Shown here one piece after another: positions 9,360-19,940 of a DNA stretch of 64,000 bases (position 1 is its first letter; every line of letters starts with the position of its first letter). The notes below the pieces were generated by a model. That model ran no database searches and was not told the DNA's origin. It was given only the letters and a program-made list of their open reading frames with translations. The stretch comes from a virus. Taxonomy: Duplodnaviria; Caudoviricetes. A program made the position numbers and the translations under genes. The stretch covers positions 1 to 64,000 of IMG/VR virus record IMGVR_UViG_3300029305_005185. The stretch is one strand, 5' to 3'.

Positions 9360-12230
9360 TTAACATACATAAATCCAAATTCTTCCATTTACTTGTATAT
9401 CATCTTCGCCCCAAATGTTATAGTTTGGTATTTCAGAAACGATACCTACAATTCTATCTGGGTAATTTACAATTTCTTCTCTTGTCATACGAGAAATAGT
9501 TCCATTGGGACCAGAACAAACACAATCACCAATAGAATATATTTCGCGTTCTTCATATGGAATAGCAAGTACGCGACCACATACAGCTGTTGGAGTTTTA
9601 CATTTTTCTGTCTAACCAATTGCAAAACCAAATGTATCAGAAACAATCTTACAGGCAGGTTGTAAACGTTGGGTAGTTTTCTTCATAATTCCATCATGGT
9701 CATCACAAATACAATTTCCAGGAACAGCTTTTTCAGAACTACGATATTCTGCATAATCATTATAAACTGCACCATAAATAGTTTTACCATAAACTGTTCC
9801 AGCAACTCCCAAACCACCAGAAATTTTAACCGCACCAGTGGTTGTAGAAGTAGAAGCAGTTGTATTTGAAAAAGTTGTAACGCCTGTAACTGTGCCACCA
9901 GCTAAAGGAAGATAAGCTGTACTATTATATGCATTACTTCCTAAACCTTTAACTGCTACTTCTTTATCTGTTCCATTCGTATTTACTATAATTGTACCAT
10001 TAGAGCCGCCAGTAGAAACTGCACGGACACCAGAATTATAAAATGTTGTACCACTTAATCCAACGCCATTATTCGCACTATACGTAGTATCTGTAAACAC
10101 CGCATTTGCAGGAACAGTTTTATTCAAAGTATACGTAGTAGCAACAGGTACTCCATTACTAAAATAAACTGGCTAAATGGCTGAACCAGCATCAGCATTT
10201 AATTTATTTGCTGAAGTCGCAGCTCCACCGGCAGAAGAAGAACCAGCATAATTATGAGTATGGTTTTTATCTGCTTTTCCAGCTGCAACAGTATTTAAAG
10301 CATCAATAGCATCATTATTAGCATCAATTAAATCACCAAGTTCTTTTAATGTATCGTATGCCGCTCCAGCGCCATTAAGTAATTCGTTCTTAACTGCAAC
10401 CGCAGCACCTGCTGCGTCATAAGCATTACTATCAGTATAAGCGGCACTGCCCAAACCTTTAACAGCTACGTTAGTTGTAGTTCCATTGGTATTTACGGAA
10501 ATAGTACCATTGGTTGTACCAGTTGAAATATTAAGAACACCTTCCCAAGGAACAGTTACATAAGCTTGATTATTAGCATCTAATTTTAAAGCATAATTTT
10601 TATTATTTTCTGCATAACCTGTTTTAATTAAACCAAGTATACTATCAGAAGCAACTGGTTTCCCAATAATGCGATCCCATACTAAATATTTAGATATATG
10701 CGCCTATGATGAATACCAAGTTGGCAAGCCAGAAGTAAAAATAAGTATATCATCTTCGTTACCACCATCATAAGGAGCATAAAAAGTTACGTTTTTATCT
10801 ACTTTTATGCCATTAATATTTATTTCAAGTAATGTTGGCATAGTACAAATCTAATTGTAAGCTTTGGTTAATCTACCGTATGAATCAACAGTAAATTGAG
10901 GAATAGTAAAAGTGCTTTCTGAAGATAAAGAAAGATTTTCTAATTGCCCATAGATACCAGCAATAACACCAGTTTCAGAAGTTTTATTATCTATATATTC
11001 TACCAATTCATCAAATTTAGTATCAATAGAACCAATGGAATCTCCCAAAGTTAATTCCGCGGCGGTTAATATTCTTTGAACATCACCAGATAAATTATCT
11101 TTTGCAATAGTATTTTTTGCTATATATTCATTAGTTATTGAACCAGGAACAAATGAAGCGCTAATTATCTTTGTATTTTCGTCTACATTAACCTAAATCT
11201 AAGAAGCATTCATTTCATGGGTATAAGTATCTATTAAAAAACTAGCATCTATTAAAACTGGAGCAGTGATATTTTTCACATTTAATTGTAATTCAGCCTA
11301 CTTTCCACTTCTTACAATTCTACCATCAGTAAGATAACACTCTAAAGGGACATCTACCATTCCAAATACTTCTCCTTTTTGAGAAAAAGTATATTGAGTT
11401 TTATCCGCATTAGAAGTTAAAGAAACTGCATAATTTCTTTCAATTTCTCCAATTTCTTCTTCTATATTTTCAATTGAAGTTTGATGTTTCTAAATTTCAG
11501 TATCATGCTTTTTATCTTGAGATTCTCTTGCTTCTGTTTCAGTACTAATTAAATTTTTTAATTGACTTTCTAAATTAGTTATTTTTTCATTAAGATTATT
11601 ATCTTCATTTACGTAATTAGTAGCAATAGTATCAACAGCATCTTCAAGAGCTGTCTAACCACTAGTTCTTGTTGCTATCTCAGCATTTAACGAACTTTGC
11701 AAAGAAGATAGAGAAACACCTTCACTTTCACCAGAAAGACTATTAATTTGAGTCTACAAATTTTCAATTGCCAGCTTTCTGATATCTTCTTCATCTTTTA
11801 TCGCACCACTATTAGTATTTATTTTATCATTTAATTCATTATACTAATCAGTCGCATCACTTGCTAAAAGATAAAGACTCTTTTTCTAAAAGCACATTAT
11901 ATCTTTATCGTCTAAACCTTTAACATAAATTTCATTGCCTGCTACAGAAATAGTACCATTTGTTTTACCAGCTGTTATATTTATAGCTCCTGACATTTCA
12001 TTTATAAAAGGTAGATCTTTTAAAGTTTTAACACCATCGCCAATTTTTATTAATTGATAAGAAACCGGTGGCATTTCTATCGCGGCGGCATCTGCTTCAT
12101 TTAAAATATCATATATAATTACTTCTCCCTCATAAGGAATAAAAGTTTCTTCTTTGGTTCTCCAATTAGCCCAAGAGTCATTACGCAACTTGATTCTAAC
12201 ATTATAATATTTATTAAACTATTCGGACAC
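9360..12230 (-). CDS. long tail fibre protein with C-terminal Peptidase_G2-like chaperone (956 aa, many TAG)
   Basis: Four track ORFs are in one frame and the gaps contain only TAG; GTG12230 with GAGGTGA RBS; FIPYEGE...KIGDG N-terminus, three NGTI...VKGL repeats, AGSAI*PVYFSNG, YNDYAE...GRIWIYVC. Confidence 0.8.
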
Positions 12231-12315
12231 AATTCTCACCTCTTTTGGCATTAGTTCCTATAATAGAAGAAGTAAAATAACTTTATCGTCACATTAAAAA
12301 TTTCTAAAACATAAT

Positions 12316-12344
12316 TTGACAAATATAAAAATTTCAATTATAAT
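12316..12344 (+). promoter_or_regulatory. sigmaA-type promoter
   Basis: TTGACA-N17-TATAAT. Confidence 0.8.
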
Positions 12345-12376
12345 ATATATGAAATTGAAGAAAAGGAATTGATAAT

Positions 12377-13135
12377 ATGCATTATGTATTTACAGATATT
12401 CACGGCGACATGAAATCTTGGAACGCTGTAAAAGAACAATTTGGTCAGCCTGAAAACATGCTTATTTTTCTCGGTGATGCTTGTGACCGCGGCCCTGACG
12501 GCTATGAAATTATGAAAGATATCTACAATATGGACAATACTTGCTATCTCAAAGGTAACCATGAAGATATGTTTATTAAGGCCGCGAAAGAAATATTAAA
12601 ATGGAAAAGTGAAAATTGTCTTTCAACTGAAGAAATTCAAAGAATGGATATATATGAAATCTGCTATAATAATGATGATGTAAGTCTTCATCTTTATAAT
12701 GGCGGCGCCGCGACCATTAATGCTTGGATTAAAGATGGTATGCCAAGAAATATTATAAATCTTCTTGCTCAGTTGCCAGTTCGTTGCGAAGTGGATAATT
12801 ATGATATGTGTCACGCCGGCGTTCAATGGGAATTGTGGCAAGAAAATCTTGATAAAGAATCTCAAGAATTTAAAGAAGAATGTCTTTGGAATCGTAAACA
12901 TTTTAATTATGACTGGGAAAAAGATAGGATTCTAATTCACGGTCATACTCCAACGGTTTCTGGACATTTTAGATTTTTAACTGATATGAATCATAAGCGT
13001 AAGCACGTTCCAATTCAATACGCTAATAATACAAAAATTAATCTTGATACCCGTTCTATTGAAGTAGATTTTCTCTGGGTATATTGTCTTGAAACAAAAG
13101 AATTTATAAAGGTGGAAAAGAAGAATGAAGCGTAA
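12377..13135 (+). CDS. Ser/Thr phosphatase-type metallophosphoesterase
   Basis: DIHG, GDACDRG, GNHE, HAG and HGHTP motifs. Confidence 0.9.
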   Translation: MHYVFTDIHGDMKSWNAVKEQFGQPENMLIFLGDACDRGPDGYEIMKDIYNMDNTCYLKGNHEDMFIKAAKEILKWKSENCLSTEEIQRMDIYEICYNNDDVSLHLYNGGAATINAWIKDGMPRNIINLLAQLPVRCEVDNYDMCHAGVQWELWQENLDKESQEFKEECLWNRKHFNYDWEKDRILIHGHTPTVSGHFRFLTDMNHKRKHVPIQYANNTKINLDTRSIEVDFLWVYCLETKEFIKVEKKNEA

Positions 13136-13538
13136 GCGAGAACGTAAATGGTATTATATTTATGGTAATTTGTCCGAACGTTTTTATGATGAATATCATC
13201 ATAAAATGAATACACTTGGATGGCTAATGAATCATCCTAATGAGTCTTATAATTTTCAAACTTGCTATCCTCTTGAAAATGATGAATATGCTTTAAAAAC
13301 TAAACATTATATTCATATTCTTCATAGAGTTGTTTTAGATTATTTTGAAGAAATTCCTGATGAACTTTTTGAATTAAATATTAGCACAATGACAAATACC
13401 GAAGGTAAGATTTATCTTTATTTTAAACTTAAAGCCAAACAGAAAGATGAGGAGATTATTTATGCCAACATGGAAAGTAGCACCACTAAATGTAACGAAA
13501 GAAATAAATCTGAAGTCACAAGTGAAACTGCACTATGA
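13125..13538 (+). CDS. hypothetical protein
   Basis: ORF overlapping the stop of the upstream gene. Confidence 0.55.
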   Translation: MKRKRERKWYYIYGNLSERFYDEYHHKMNTLGWLMNHPNESYNFQTCYPLENDEYALKTKHYIHILHRVVLDYFEEIPDELFELNISTMTNTEGKIYLYFKLKAKQKDEEIIYANMESSTTKCNERNKSEVTSETAL

Positions 13539-14298
13539 TTTCGTAAACAAGGATTGTAATAAAAATGGCACCACCTTAGTAACCACTCTTCTTCAAGGTT
13601 CCCAAAACTATAATATGGATGACGAAGAAAGCGATGTAGATACCAAGTCTCTTGTTGTACCCAATTTTGGACAATTAGTACTTGGTGCCAAACGTGAAAG
13701 CAAAACTCTTGTTATGCCGAATGATGAACATGCTGATGTAAAAGACGTACAGGAAATGATGCTATGTTGGAGAAAACAGAATGTAAATTTTGTTGAAGTT
13801 CTTTATACTCCTTATTGTCATAGTAATGAAGATTACGCTTGGTTTATAAACACCCTTCGCGCTATGCGTGATGATATTTCTCACTACAGTCGTTGGTATA
13901 CGCTGATGGCTACATGCGGGCATATGACTGAAAAGTATGAAAAACTTCATCGCGGTGGTGTCGCCCGTGCTGATGTTGTTGCTAAATTTGGATATGACCC
14001 AAAACAACTTTGCCATCAACTTCGTTTGAAAGATTTTATGGAAAAATACTTTGCTGACTATGACTACAAAGATTGCCTCAAACCTACTGACTCTGAATAT
14101 TTGCGAGCAGTAAAACGAGGAAAGTATGACGTATATACTGCTGAGGCTCTTGCCGTAGAAACTAATCAGTGGATGCTAAAATTTCGTGAAAATTGGATGA
14201 ATAAACTTGGCAGGCCCGACCACAATGAAAAAGTTGGCAAACAACTTGATGAACTTACTGTTGCTTTGTACAGGGAAGTGATGATGAATGAAGTCTAA
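13462..14298 (+). CDS. predicted nucleotidyltransferase (Pol-beta superfamily)
   Basis: QGSQNYNMDDEESDVD (GS...DxD), NVNFVEVL, YDPKQLCHQLRL; GGAG RBS before ATG13462. Confidence 0.75.
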   Translation: MPTWKVAPLNVTKEINLKSQVKLHYDFVNKDCNKNGTTLVTTLLQGSQNYNMDDEESDVDTKSLVVPNFGQLVLGAKRESKTLVMPNDEHADVKDVQEMMLCWRKQNVNFVEVLYTPYCHSNEDYAWFINTLRAMRDDISHYSRWYTLMATCGHMTEKYEKLHRGGVARADVVAKFGYDPKQLCHQLRLKDFMEKYFADYDYKDCLKPTDSEYLRAVKRGKYDVYTAEALAVETNQWMLKFRENWMNKLGRPDHNEKVGKQLDELTVALYREVMMNEV

Positions 14299-15022
14299 TA
14301 TTAATCGTATATTTATTCGTGGCGATACGCATGGTAATTATGATTGGTTAAGAAAGTGGTGCAATGATAATAACACAACTACTGATGATATCCTCATTAT
14401 TCTTGGCGATAATACCCTTCGTTTTGAAGGCGCCCTTACGGCGCGCGAGCAGGCTCGTAAATCGTTTGTTCGTAATATGCCTATCACTATATTTTGTGTT
14501 CGCGGTAATCATGACCGTCCTTTTTGTAATCAATGGCAACTTGATTGCGAACTTGTAAATTGTCCTTTTCTTGATGATAAAAATCCACCTATGTGGCATG
14601 ATATAGAATATTCAAATATTTGGTATTTTATGGATTATGGAGTTTATTATATTAAGAACAAAAGTTTTTTGATTGTTGGCGGCGCTTATAGTGTAGACAA
14701 AGATTGGCGCATATTCAATCATTGGACTTGGTATCCAGAAGAGCAATTAACAGTAGATGAATGGCTTGATTTATTTGATTTAACTTATGATCGTGGTTTC
14801 AATTATGTTTTAACGCACACTTGTCCTTATGATTGGCGACCAACTGATTTGTTTATGAAATCTGTTGACCAATCCAAAGTAGACAGCACCACTGAAGAGC
14901 AGCTTCAATATCTCTCTTCAATTATCAGCTGGGAGCATTGGTATTGGGGACATTTTCACGGAGACCGTGATTATGGCGATGGTCGTAGAATGTTTTATAA
15001 TGATATTGTTCAAATTTTGTAA
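14288..15022 (+). CDS. calcineurin-like metallophosphoesterase
   Basis: GDTHG, LGD, RGNHD, GGAYSVD, THTCP and GHFH motifs. Confidence 0.9.
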   Translation: MKSNINRIFIRGDTHGNYDWLRKWCNDNNTTTDDILIILGDNTLRFEGALTAREQARKSFVRNMPITIFCVRGNHDRPFCNQWQLDCELVNCPFLDDKNPPMWHDIEYSNIWYFMDYGVYYIKNKSFLIVGGAYSVDKDWRIFNHWTWYPEEQLTVDEWLDLFDLTYDRGFNYVLTHTCPYDWRPTDLFMKSVDQSKVDSTTEEQLQYLSSIISWEHWYWGHFHGDRDYGDGRRMFYNDIVQIL

Positions 15023-15036
15023 AGGAGAATACTTTA

Positions 15037-15408
15037 ATGACACCTATTATTCCTCCCATTTGGTTGTATCTGTTTGAAGTGCTTGAAAGTCTTGATAGTT
15101 TACTATTAGCTATTAATATTATTGGCATTGCTGCTATTATCGTTTACGCAATTTTCGCTCTTTGCTATACCATATCAGAAGTAGAAGCCCCTCCGATGCC
15201 CAAGAAGTGGATTTGTATTCTTATTTGTTTGATGCTTGTTTTTTCAATCATTGCTAATATTCTAATTCCTTCTCAAGAAACCATGATTTATATGGCAGGT
15301 CTATCATTTGTCACACTCGATAATGTAGAATACGGCGCAGAAGTTGTAAAAAATGTATTTGACTATGTTATTACCGCTCTCGGCATGGGAGAAAATTTGA
15401 CAAATTAA
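15037..15408 (+). CDS. membrane protein
   Basis: Two hydrophobic segments; GGAG RBS. Confidence 0.7.
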   Translation: MTPIIPPIWLYLFEVLESLDSLLLAINIIGIAAIIVYAIFALCYTISEVEAPPMPKKWICILICLMLVFSIIANILIPSQETMIYMAGLSFVTLDNVEYGAEVVKNVFDYVITALGMGENLTN

Positions 15409-15425
15409 AAAAATTCATATATAAT
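15397..15425 (+). promoter_or_regulatory. sigmaA-type promoter
   Basis: TTGACA-N17-TATAAT. Confidence 0.8.
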
Positions 15426-15453
15426 ATTCTTATCAAAGATAAGGAGCAAACCA

Positions 15454-15723
15454 ATGGCTACTAAAACAATTCTTACACAGGAGCAGTTGGATTTGCTCCT
15501 TTCTACTTATAAAGAAAAAGGAACTTTTGCTGCCGCGGGACGTGCTGTTGGAATTAGTTCGGCCGTAGCAAAACGAATCGTAAGTGAACATCAAAACGAT
15601 GCTCCCGCAGAAGATATTCCTACTATATATACTGGTCCAATCCCAAAAGAAAACCCTACAAGAAGCGATATTTGGAATACTTTTAAAAAAGACGAAGAAT
15701 GGTGGAAGAGATATGGCGAATAA
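15454..15723 (+). CDS. small HTH protein (copy A1)
   Basis: GTFAAAGRAVGISSAVAKRIV helix-turn-helix pattern. Confidence 0.65.
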   Translation: MATKTILTQEQLDLLLSTYKEKGTFAAAGRAVGISSAVAKRIVSEHQNDAPAEDIPTIYTGPIPKENPTRSDIWNTFKKDEEWWKRYGE

Positions 15724-16057
15724 ATACTATAATGTAGATAAAAGTCCTTATCATACTAATTGTTATTTTGTAACAACTAGCGAAGAAGTTTGTAAAATTA
15801 CTTCTGTTCTTCCCAAAGATAATCCTTTTAGTTATAATATGCTTCAAATTGCTTTATTTGGACTTGAACCAGATGATTTTCTTAAATACATTCAAATTAA
15901 ATATAATGCTAAAATTTTAAAGAAAACTAAATGTATTTGGAAGTCTATCACTTTTACTAATCTTGCTGACGCTTGGGCTTTTGCCAAAGAACTTGACAAG
16001 CGCTTCACCTATTGTGTTGAAAATAATTTCTTCAAGGAGATAAATAATGCCTGCTAA
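15713..16057 (+). CDS. hypothetical protein (copy B1)
   Basis: Starts MANKYYNVDK at ATG15713; paralogous to 16315-16617. Confidence 0.65.
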   Translation: MANKYYNVDKSPYHTNCYFVTTSEEVCKITSVLPKDNPFSYNMLQIALFGLEPDDFLKYIQIKYNAKILKKTKCIWKSITFTNLADAWAFAKELDKRFTYCVENNFFKEINNAC

Positions 16058-16331
16058 ATATATTCCTTCAGAAGAAGAATTAAAACTAATTATGTCATAT
16101 TATACTGAAGCCGGCACTTATTCAGAAGTTTCTCGTAGAACTGGTTTGAGTCTTCCGGTTGTAAAACGCATAGTTGATGAAAATAAAACTTCATATGTTA
16201 ATAAAAGAGTGAATTGTCTAGTCTATGATGATGCTATTCCAGAAGAATCAAAAGAAAATATAAAATTTAATTTTAATGAAGAAATAGAAAAATTTTATAA
16301 GGAAGTATTGCTAAATGGCGGAATATTATAA
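16047..16331 (+). CDS. small HTH protein (copy A2)
   Basis: GTYSEVSRRTGLSLPVVKRIV; paralog of A1. Confidence 0.65.
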   Translation: MPAKYIPSEEELKLIMSYYTEAGTYSEVSRRTGLSLPVVKRIVDENKTSYVNKRVNCLVYDDAIPEESKENIKFNFNEEIEKFYKEVLLNGGIL

Positions 16332-16617
16332 AGTAGAAAAAAATCCTATAAATTCAAAATATTATCTCGCGCCGACTGCTCATTTACTTCAAACATATGA
16401 ACCTAGACAATATCCATTCTGTTATACCAGTTTAATTATAGAGTGCTACAATTTCTCTCCTCGTGATTTTTATAAATATCTTATTTCAAAATATGATGCT
16501 AAAATTAGCGTAGAAAAAATCTTCCCTTATTTTAAAACTTATTTTACTGAAAAAAGAAAAGCAGAAGAATTTTGCAAAGAGGTTAATGAACGTATAAGAG
16601 AGCAGCAGTTAGCGTAA
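16315..16617 (+). CDS. hypothetical protein (copy B2)
   Basis: PRDFYKYLISKYDAKI aligns with PDDFLKYIQIKYNAKI of B1. Confidence 0.65.
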   Translation: MAEYYKVEKNPINSKYYLAPTAHLLQTYEPRQYPFCYTSLIIECYNFSPRDFYKYLISKYDAKISVEKIFPYFKTYFTEKRKAEEFCKEVNERIREQQLA

Positions 16618-16678
16618 GAAAAAATCTTCTATACAACTAAATCGTCTCCCTACCTTATTTTTGAAGGAGGTGAGACCT

Positions 16679-17119
16679 TTGGAGAAAATTAAGGGATTTT
16701 TCAGAGGATTGGCTAATTTGTTTAAAAATATGTCTGATATAGTTGAATACTCTGAAACACAAAAGAGAACAGAAGCTTCTCTCGCGGCGATAAATAAGAA
16801 TTTAGAAGCCATGAATAAAGTTATGGAAAGTATGGGTAAGAAACTTGATGATGTTTCTGAGCAAACGAAAAATCTTGAAGAAGATATGAAGAAGGTAAAA
16901 TCTGGTCTTCAAAAAGAACTTTTCAATAGCCTACAAAGCCTTCACGACAAATATTGCCCAGGTACTGGACGCGGATGGGCGACTCGCTTGGAGAAGAATG
17001 AAGCAAAAATGTTTTATGATGAAATTCATATGATGGGAAGCAATGGATGGAGTACAAAAACATTTGAAGATATATACAATCTTCCAGAATCTGAAAGAGA
17101 AATGTATGGATAGAAATAA
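16679..17119 (+). CDS. coiled-coil protein resembling lysis-module (holin-adjacent) proteins of Firmicutes phages
   Basis: GGAGGTGA RBS before TTG16679; C-terminal FYDEIHMMGSNG...IYNLP; ends TAG-AAA-TAA. Confidence 0.45.
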
Positions 17120-17150
17120 GAGGAGAAAATTTTCTCCTCTTTATTTTTTT
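17118..17150 (+). terminator. intrinsic terminator abutting the next promoter
   Basis: Inverted repeat AAGAGGAGAAA/TTTCTCCTCTT followed by a T-run. Confidence 0.75.
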
Positions 17151-17177
17151 GACTTTTTCAAAAATTTAGGTTATAAT
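17149..17177 (+). promoter_or_regulatory. sigmaA-type promoter
   Basis: TTGACT-N17-TATAAT. Confidence 0.75.
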
Positions 17178-17216
17178 ATATTTGAAGAAAATATATGTAT
17201 TATTTAGAGGTATTTA

Positions 17217-17423
17217 ATGAAAATTGGTAATAAAGAAATTAAAGAATTATTCTTGCATGGACATATCATGGATTCTGAATATGCAGGTGGAATAATTCTT
17301 GATGAAGGAAATGAATCAATTGATTTTTATTTTAAAACTAAGGAAGAAATGGAAGCGGTTAAAAGTCTATTAGATCAATTTCTAAATATTTATAGAAAAG
17401 AGGAAGAACTTAATGCCAAATAA
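17217..17423 (+). CDS. hypothetical protein
   Basis: GAGGT RBS; overlaps the start of the RNase H gene. Confidence 0.6.
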   Translation: MKIGNKEIKELFLHGHIMDSEYAGGIILDEGNESIDFYFKTKEEMEAVKSLLDQFLNIYRKEEELNAK

Positions 17424-17907
17424 ATCAATCATCCCTTATGAAATTTACACCGATGGTTCCGCCAAAGGAGCCGATGCATCTAATCGTCTTGGAGGTTGGG
17501 CTTATGCTATTCTTTTTGACGGAGATATGGTTCGTAAAGATAGTGGTGGTGTACGTGCTACAACAAATCAGCGCATGGAGCTTCAAGCGGTAATTGAAGC
17601 CATTAAAGGCGCCCGCGAACTTTCTAAAGATAACCCAGGCGCGATTTATAAAGTCTATAGTGATAGTGCTTATGTTGTAAATTGCTATGCACAAGGTTGG
17701 TATGTTGGTTGGGAAGCTAACGGTTGGCGAAATGCTGCGAAAAAAGAAGTTGCTAATCAGGATTTGTGGCAACAGATTTTACCTTACTTTAAGAGTAAAA
17801 GTTGGCATTTCTACAAAACTAAAGGTCATGCTAACGATTATTATAATAATTATGTAGATACTATGGCACAAGCCGCAGCTGAAAAAATGAAACATGCTAC
17901 GAGGTAA
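17413..17907 (+). CDS. rnhA: ribonuclease HI
   Basis: IYTDGS, TTNQRMEL, YSDSAYV, NQDLW, KGH and NNYVD motifs. Confidence 0.95.
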   Translation: MPNKSIIPYEIYTDGSAKGADASNRLGGWAYAILFDGDMVRKDSGGVRATTNQRMELQAVIEAIKGARELSKDNPGAIYKVYSDSAYVVNCYAQGWYVGWEANGWRNAAKKEVANQDLWQQILPYFKSKSWHFYKTKGHANDYYNNYVDTMAQAAAEKMKHATR

Positions 17908-17910
17908 ATT

Positions 17911-18288
17911 ATGGAAAACAATTTTATTTCTATGATAGATATTTATGAAGTAGATAAAACTTACTATTATTCATATGTATATCGTTGTAAAGATAGGCAA
18001 CTAATGAAACGTCATCCTCGTGAAGGTCTTACTGTTTGGGAAGACCTTGAAACAGGAAAGTTACTTTATGGAAAAGAAGTTACTAATATTATGGCTTCAG
18101 AAGCAACTCGTTTCTTTATTTTTGAATTGCTAGATGAAGAACTCCTTGGTCCAGAGAAAACTACTCAAACAATTGAAGTTGATTATGAAACTTATAGAAA
18201 TTTCTTAGAAGCAGTTGCTTTAAAAAATAAGAAGGAAGACTTATATGGAAAAAATCTTTTTACTTCACGCTGCCGCGAGGAGCGGTAA
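17911..18288 (+). CDS. hypothetical protein
   Basis: GAGGT RBS; operon context. Confidence 0.65.
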   Translation: MENNFISMIDIYEVDKTYYYSYVYRCKDRQLMKRHPREGLTVWEDLETGKLLYGKEVTNIMASEATRFFIFELLDEELLGPEKTTQTIEVDYETYRNFLEAVALKNKKEDLYGKNLFTSRCREER

Positions 18289-18814
18289 AAATACTTGCGC
18301 AGAAGCAATGAAGAATTATTATGAGGCTACTTATCATAAACGAGTTTTAATTATTGCTTTTGCCGATTATGTAAAATTCGTATTAAATAAATATTACAAC
18401 ACTCCCGCGGAACGTACAGAAGAATATCGTACTCGCATTCAGCAATTTGCTACCGAACAAGTACGAGCAAGTAATGTAAATTATTGGGCTGATGTTGTTA
18501 GCGATTTGCTTCTTGCCATTCAAGAAGATTGGGATATTGTAATTATTCCTGATTGGAGATTTGGCAATGAACGAGTGGCGCTAGTTTCTCGTTTCCACGA
18601 ATTTGGTATTCCAGTAAAAACTATGTTAATTGACCGTCCTGGCATTGAAGAAGTTGATGGTATGACTGAAGAACAACGTTCTCATTCTTCTGAACGAAAT
18701 CTTGACAAATATGATAATTTTGATTATAATGTTATAAATGAAACTTCTCAAATGCAAAAAACTATTCAGCAACTAATTGATATTATAGATAAGGAAGAAA
18801 ATAAAGATGATTAA
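18245..18814 (+). CDS. deoxynucleoside monophosphate kinase-like P-loop protein
   Basis: ARSGKNT, AFADYVK, IPDWRFGNE and HSSE motifs. Confidence 0.7.
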   Translation: MEKIFLLHAAARSGKNTCAEAMKNYYEATYHKRVLIIAFADYVKFVLNKYYNTPAERTEEYRTRIQQFATEQVRASNVNYWADVVSDLLLAIQEDWDIVIIPDWRFGNERVALVSRFHEFGIPVKTMLIDRPGIEEVDGMTEEQRSHSSERNLDKYDNFDYNVINETSQMQKTIQQLIDIIDKEENKDD

Positions 18815-19940
18815 AATCAACGATGTTTCCGAACTTTTCAATCTTGAGCCTATGAAATATTGGGCGCAATCTTCTACCACTTCCGCTGCGCAACAGCAAG
18901 CAAAACTTGAAGCGCTTATTGCTTCTGGCGAATATATTTTTTCCGAGAAAACCGATGGTAATCTTATTCGTATGGTGGCAACTCCCGAACGATTTGCTCT
19001 TCAAACTCGCGGCATTAGTAAGAAAACAGGAGAATATGGTGAAATTCAGGAGAAAGTTTTCTTTGCTGACGCGATGATGAATGCCTTTGAAGATACTACT
19101 GTTCTTATTGGCGAAGCCTATATTGAAGGCGGTACAGACAAAACTGTCGGCGCTGTTCTTCGTTCTCTTGATGCGCGCGCGAAAAAAGTACAGGTTGGTG
19201 ATAATATTGTTAAGTTCCGAATCTTTGACTGCTTCTACTATGAAGGAGAAAGTCTCCTTGATAGACCAATTATTGAAAGAATTAAATATCTCTCTGATGC
19301 CGTATCAAAAATCAATTCTCCTCTCGTATCTTACGTCAAATACTACAACGCTGATGATAAGACCTTCTCACGACTTGAATCCATTTTTGAGCGTGGTGGC
19401 GAAGGCATTGTTATGTACAAGAAAACAATGACTCCTGTTGAAGGACGCACACCGGCGTGGCAGACAGTAAAAGTAAAGCAAACACTTGGACAGGACGCCG
19501 ATTGTTTTATTTTTGGAACTAAGCCTCCAAAAATGGAATATGAAGGTAAGGAAATTTCTACTTGGCCTTATTGGATGAATACAAAGACAAATGAAAAGCT
19601 TGAAGGAAATCATTATGCTGAATTTGTAAACGGCGGTACTGTCGCTCCCATTACTAAACCTTTCTATAATGATTGGCCTGGTTCTATCGCCGCCGCGGTT
19701 TGGGATGAAAATGGTGAAGCGAAAATTCTTTGTTATTGTTCTAATTTGACTGATGAGTTTTGTTCTGAACTTCGTGATAATTACGATGAATATCATCTCC
19801 ATCCTATTCGTGTTCAGGGAATGCTTGTGTCGGAAGATAGATTTGGTAATACGAGTATTCGTCATCCTAAGTTTATGGGACTAAGAGATGATATTGCCGT
19901 TGAAGATTGCACCTTTAAAAAAATTGTTGGAGAAGAATAA
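18807..19940 (+). CDS. ATP-dependent DNA ligase
   Basis: SEKTDG (KxDG), IGEAY, FRIFD, EGIVM, VKVK and SIRHPKF. Confidence 0.9.
   Translation: MIKINDVSELFNLEPMKYWAQSSTTSAAQQQAKLEALIASGEYIFSEKTDGNLIRMVATPERFALQTRGISKKTGEYGEIQEKVFFADAMMNAFEDTTVLIGEAYIEGGTDKTVGAVLRSLDARAKKVQVGDNIVKFRIFDCFYYEGESLLDRPIIERIKYLSDAVSKINSPLVSYVKYYNADDKTFSRLESIFERGGEGIVMYKKTMTPVEGRTPAWQTVKVKQTLGQDADCFIFGTKPPKMEYEGKEISTWPYWMNTKTNEKLEGNHYAEFVNGGTVAPITKPFYNDWPGSIAAAVWDENGEAKILCYCSNLTDEFCSELRDNYDEYHLHPIRVQGMLVSEDRFGNTSIRHPKFMGLRDDIAVEDCTFKKIVGEE

Noticed and set aside
7554-9620. Diversity-generating retroelement TR/VR pair among the repeated fibre C-termini
   Set aside because: The copies differ at all base types rather than only at adenines, all are coding, and no reverse transcriptase is present in the window.
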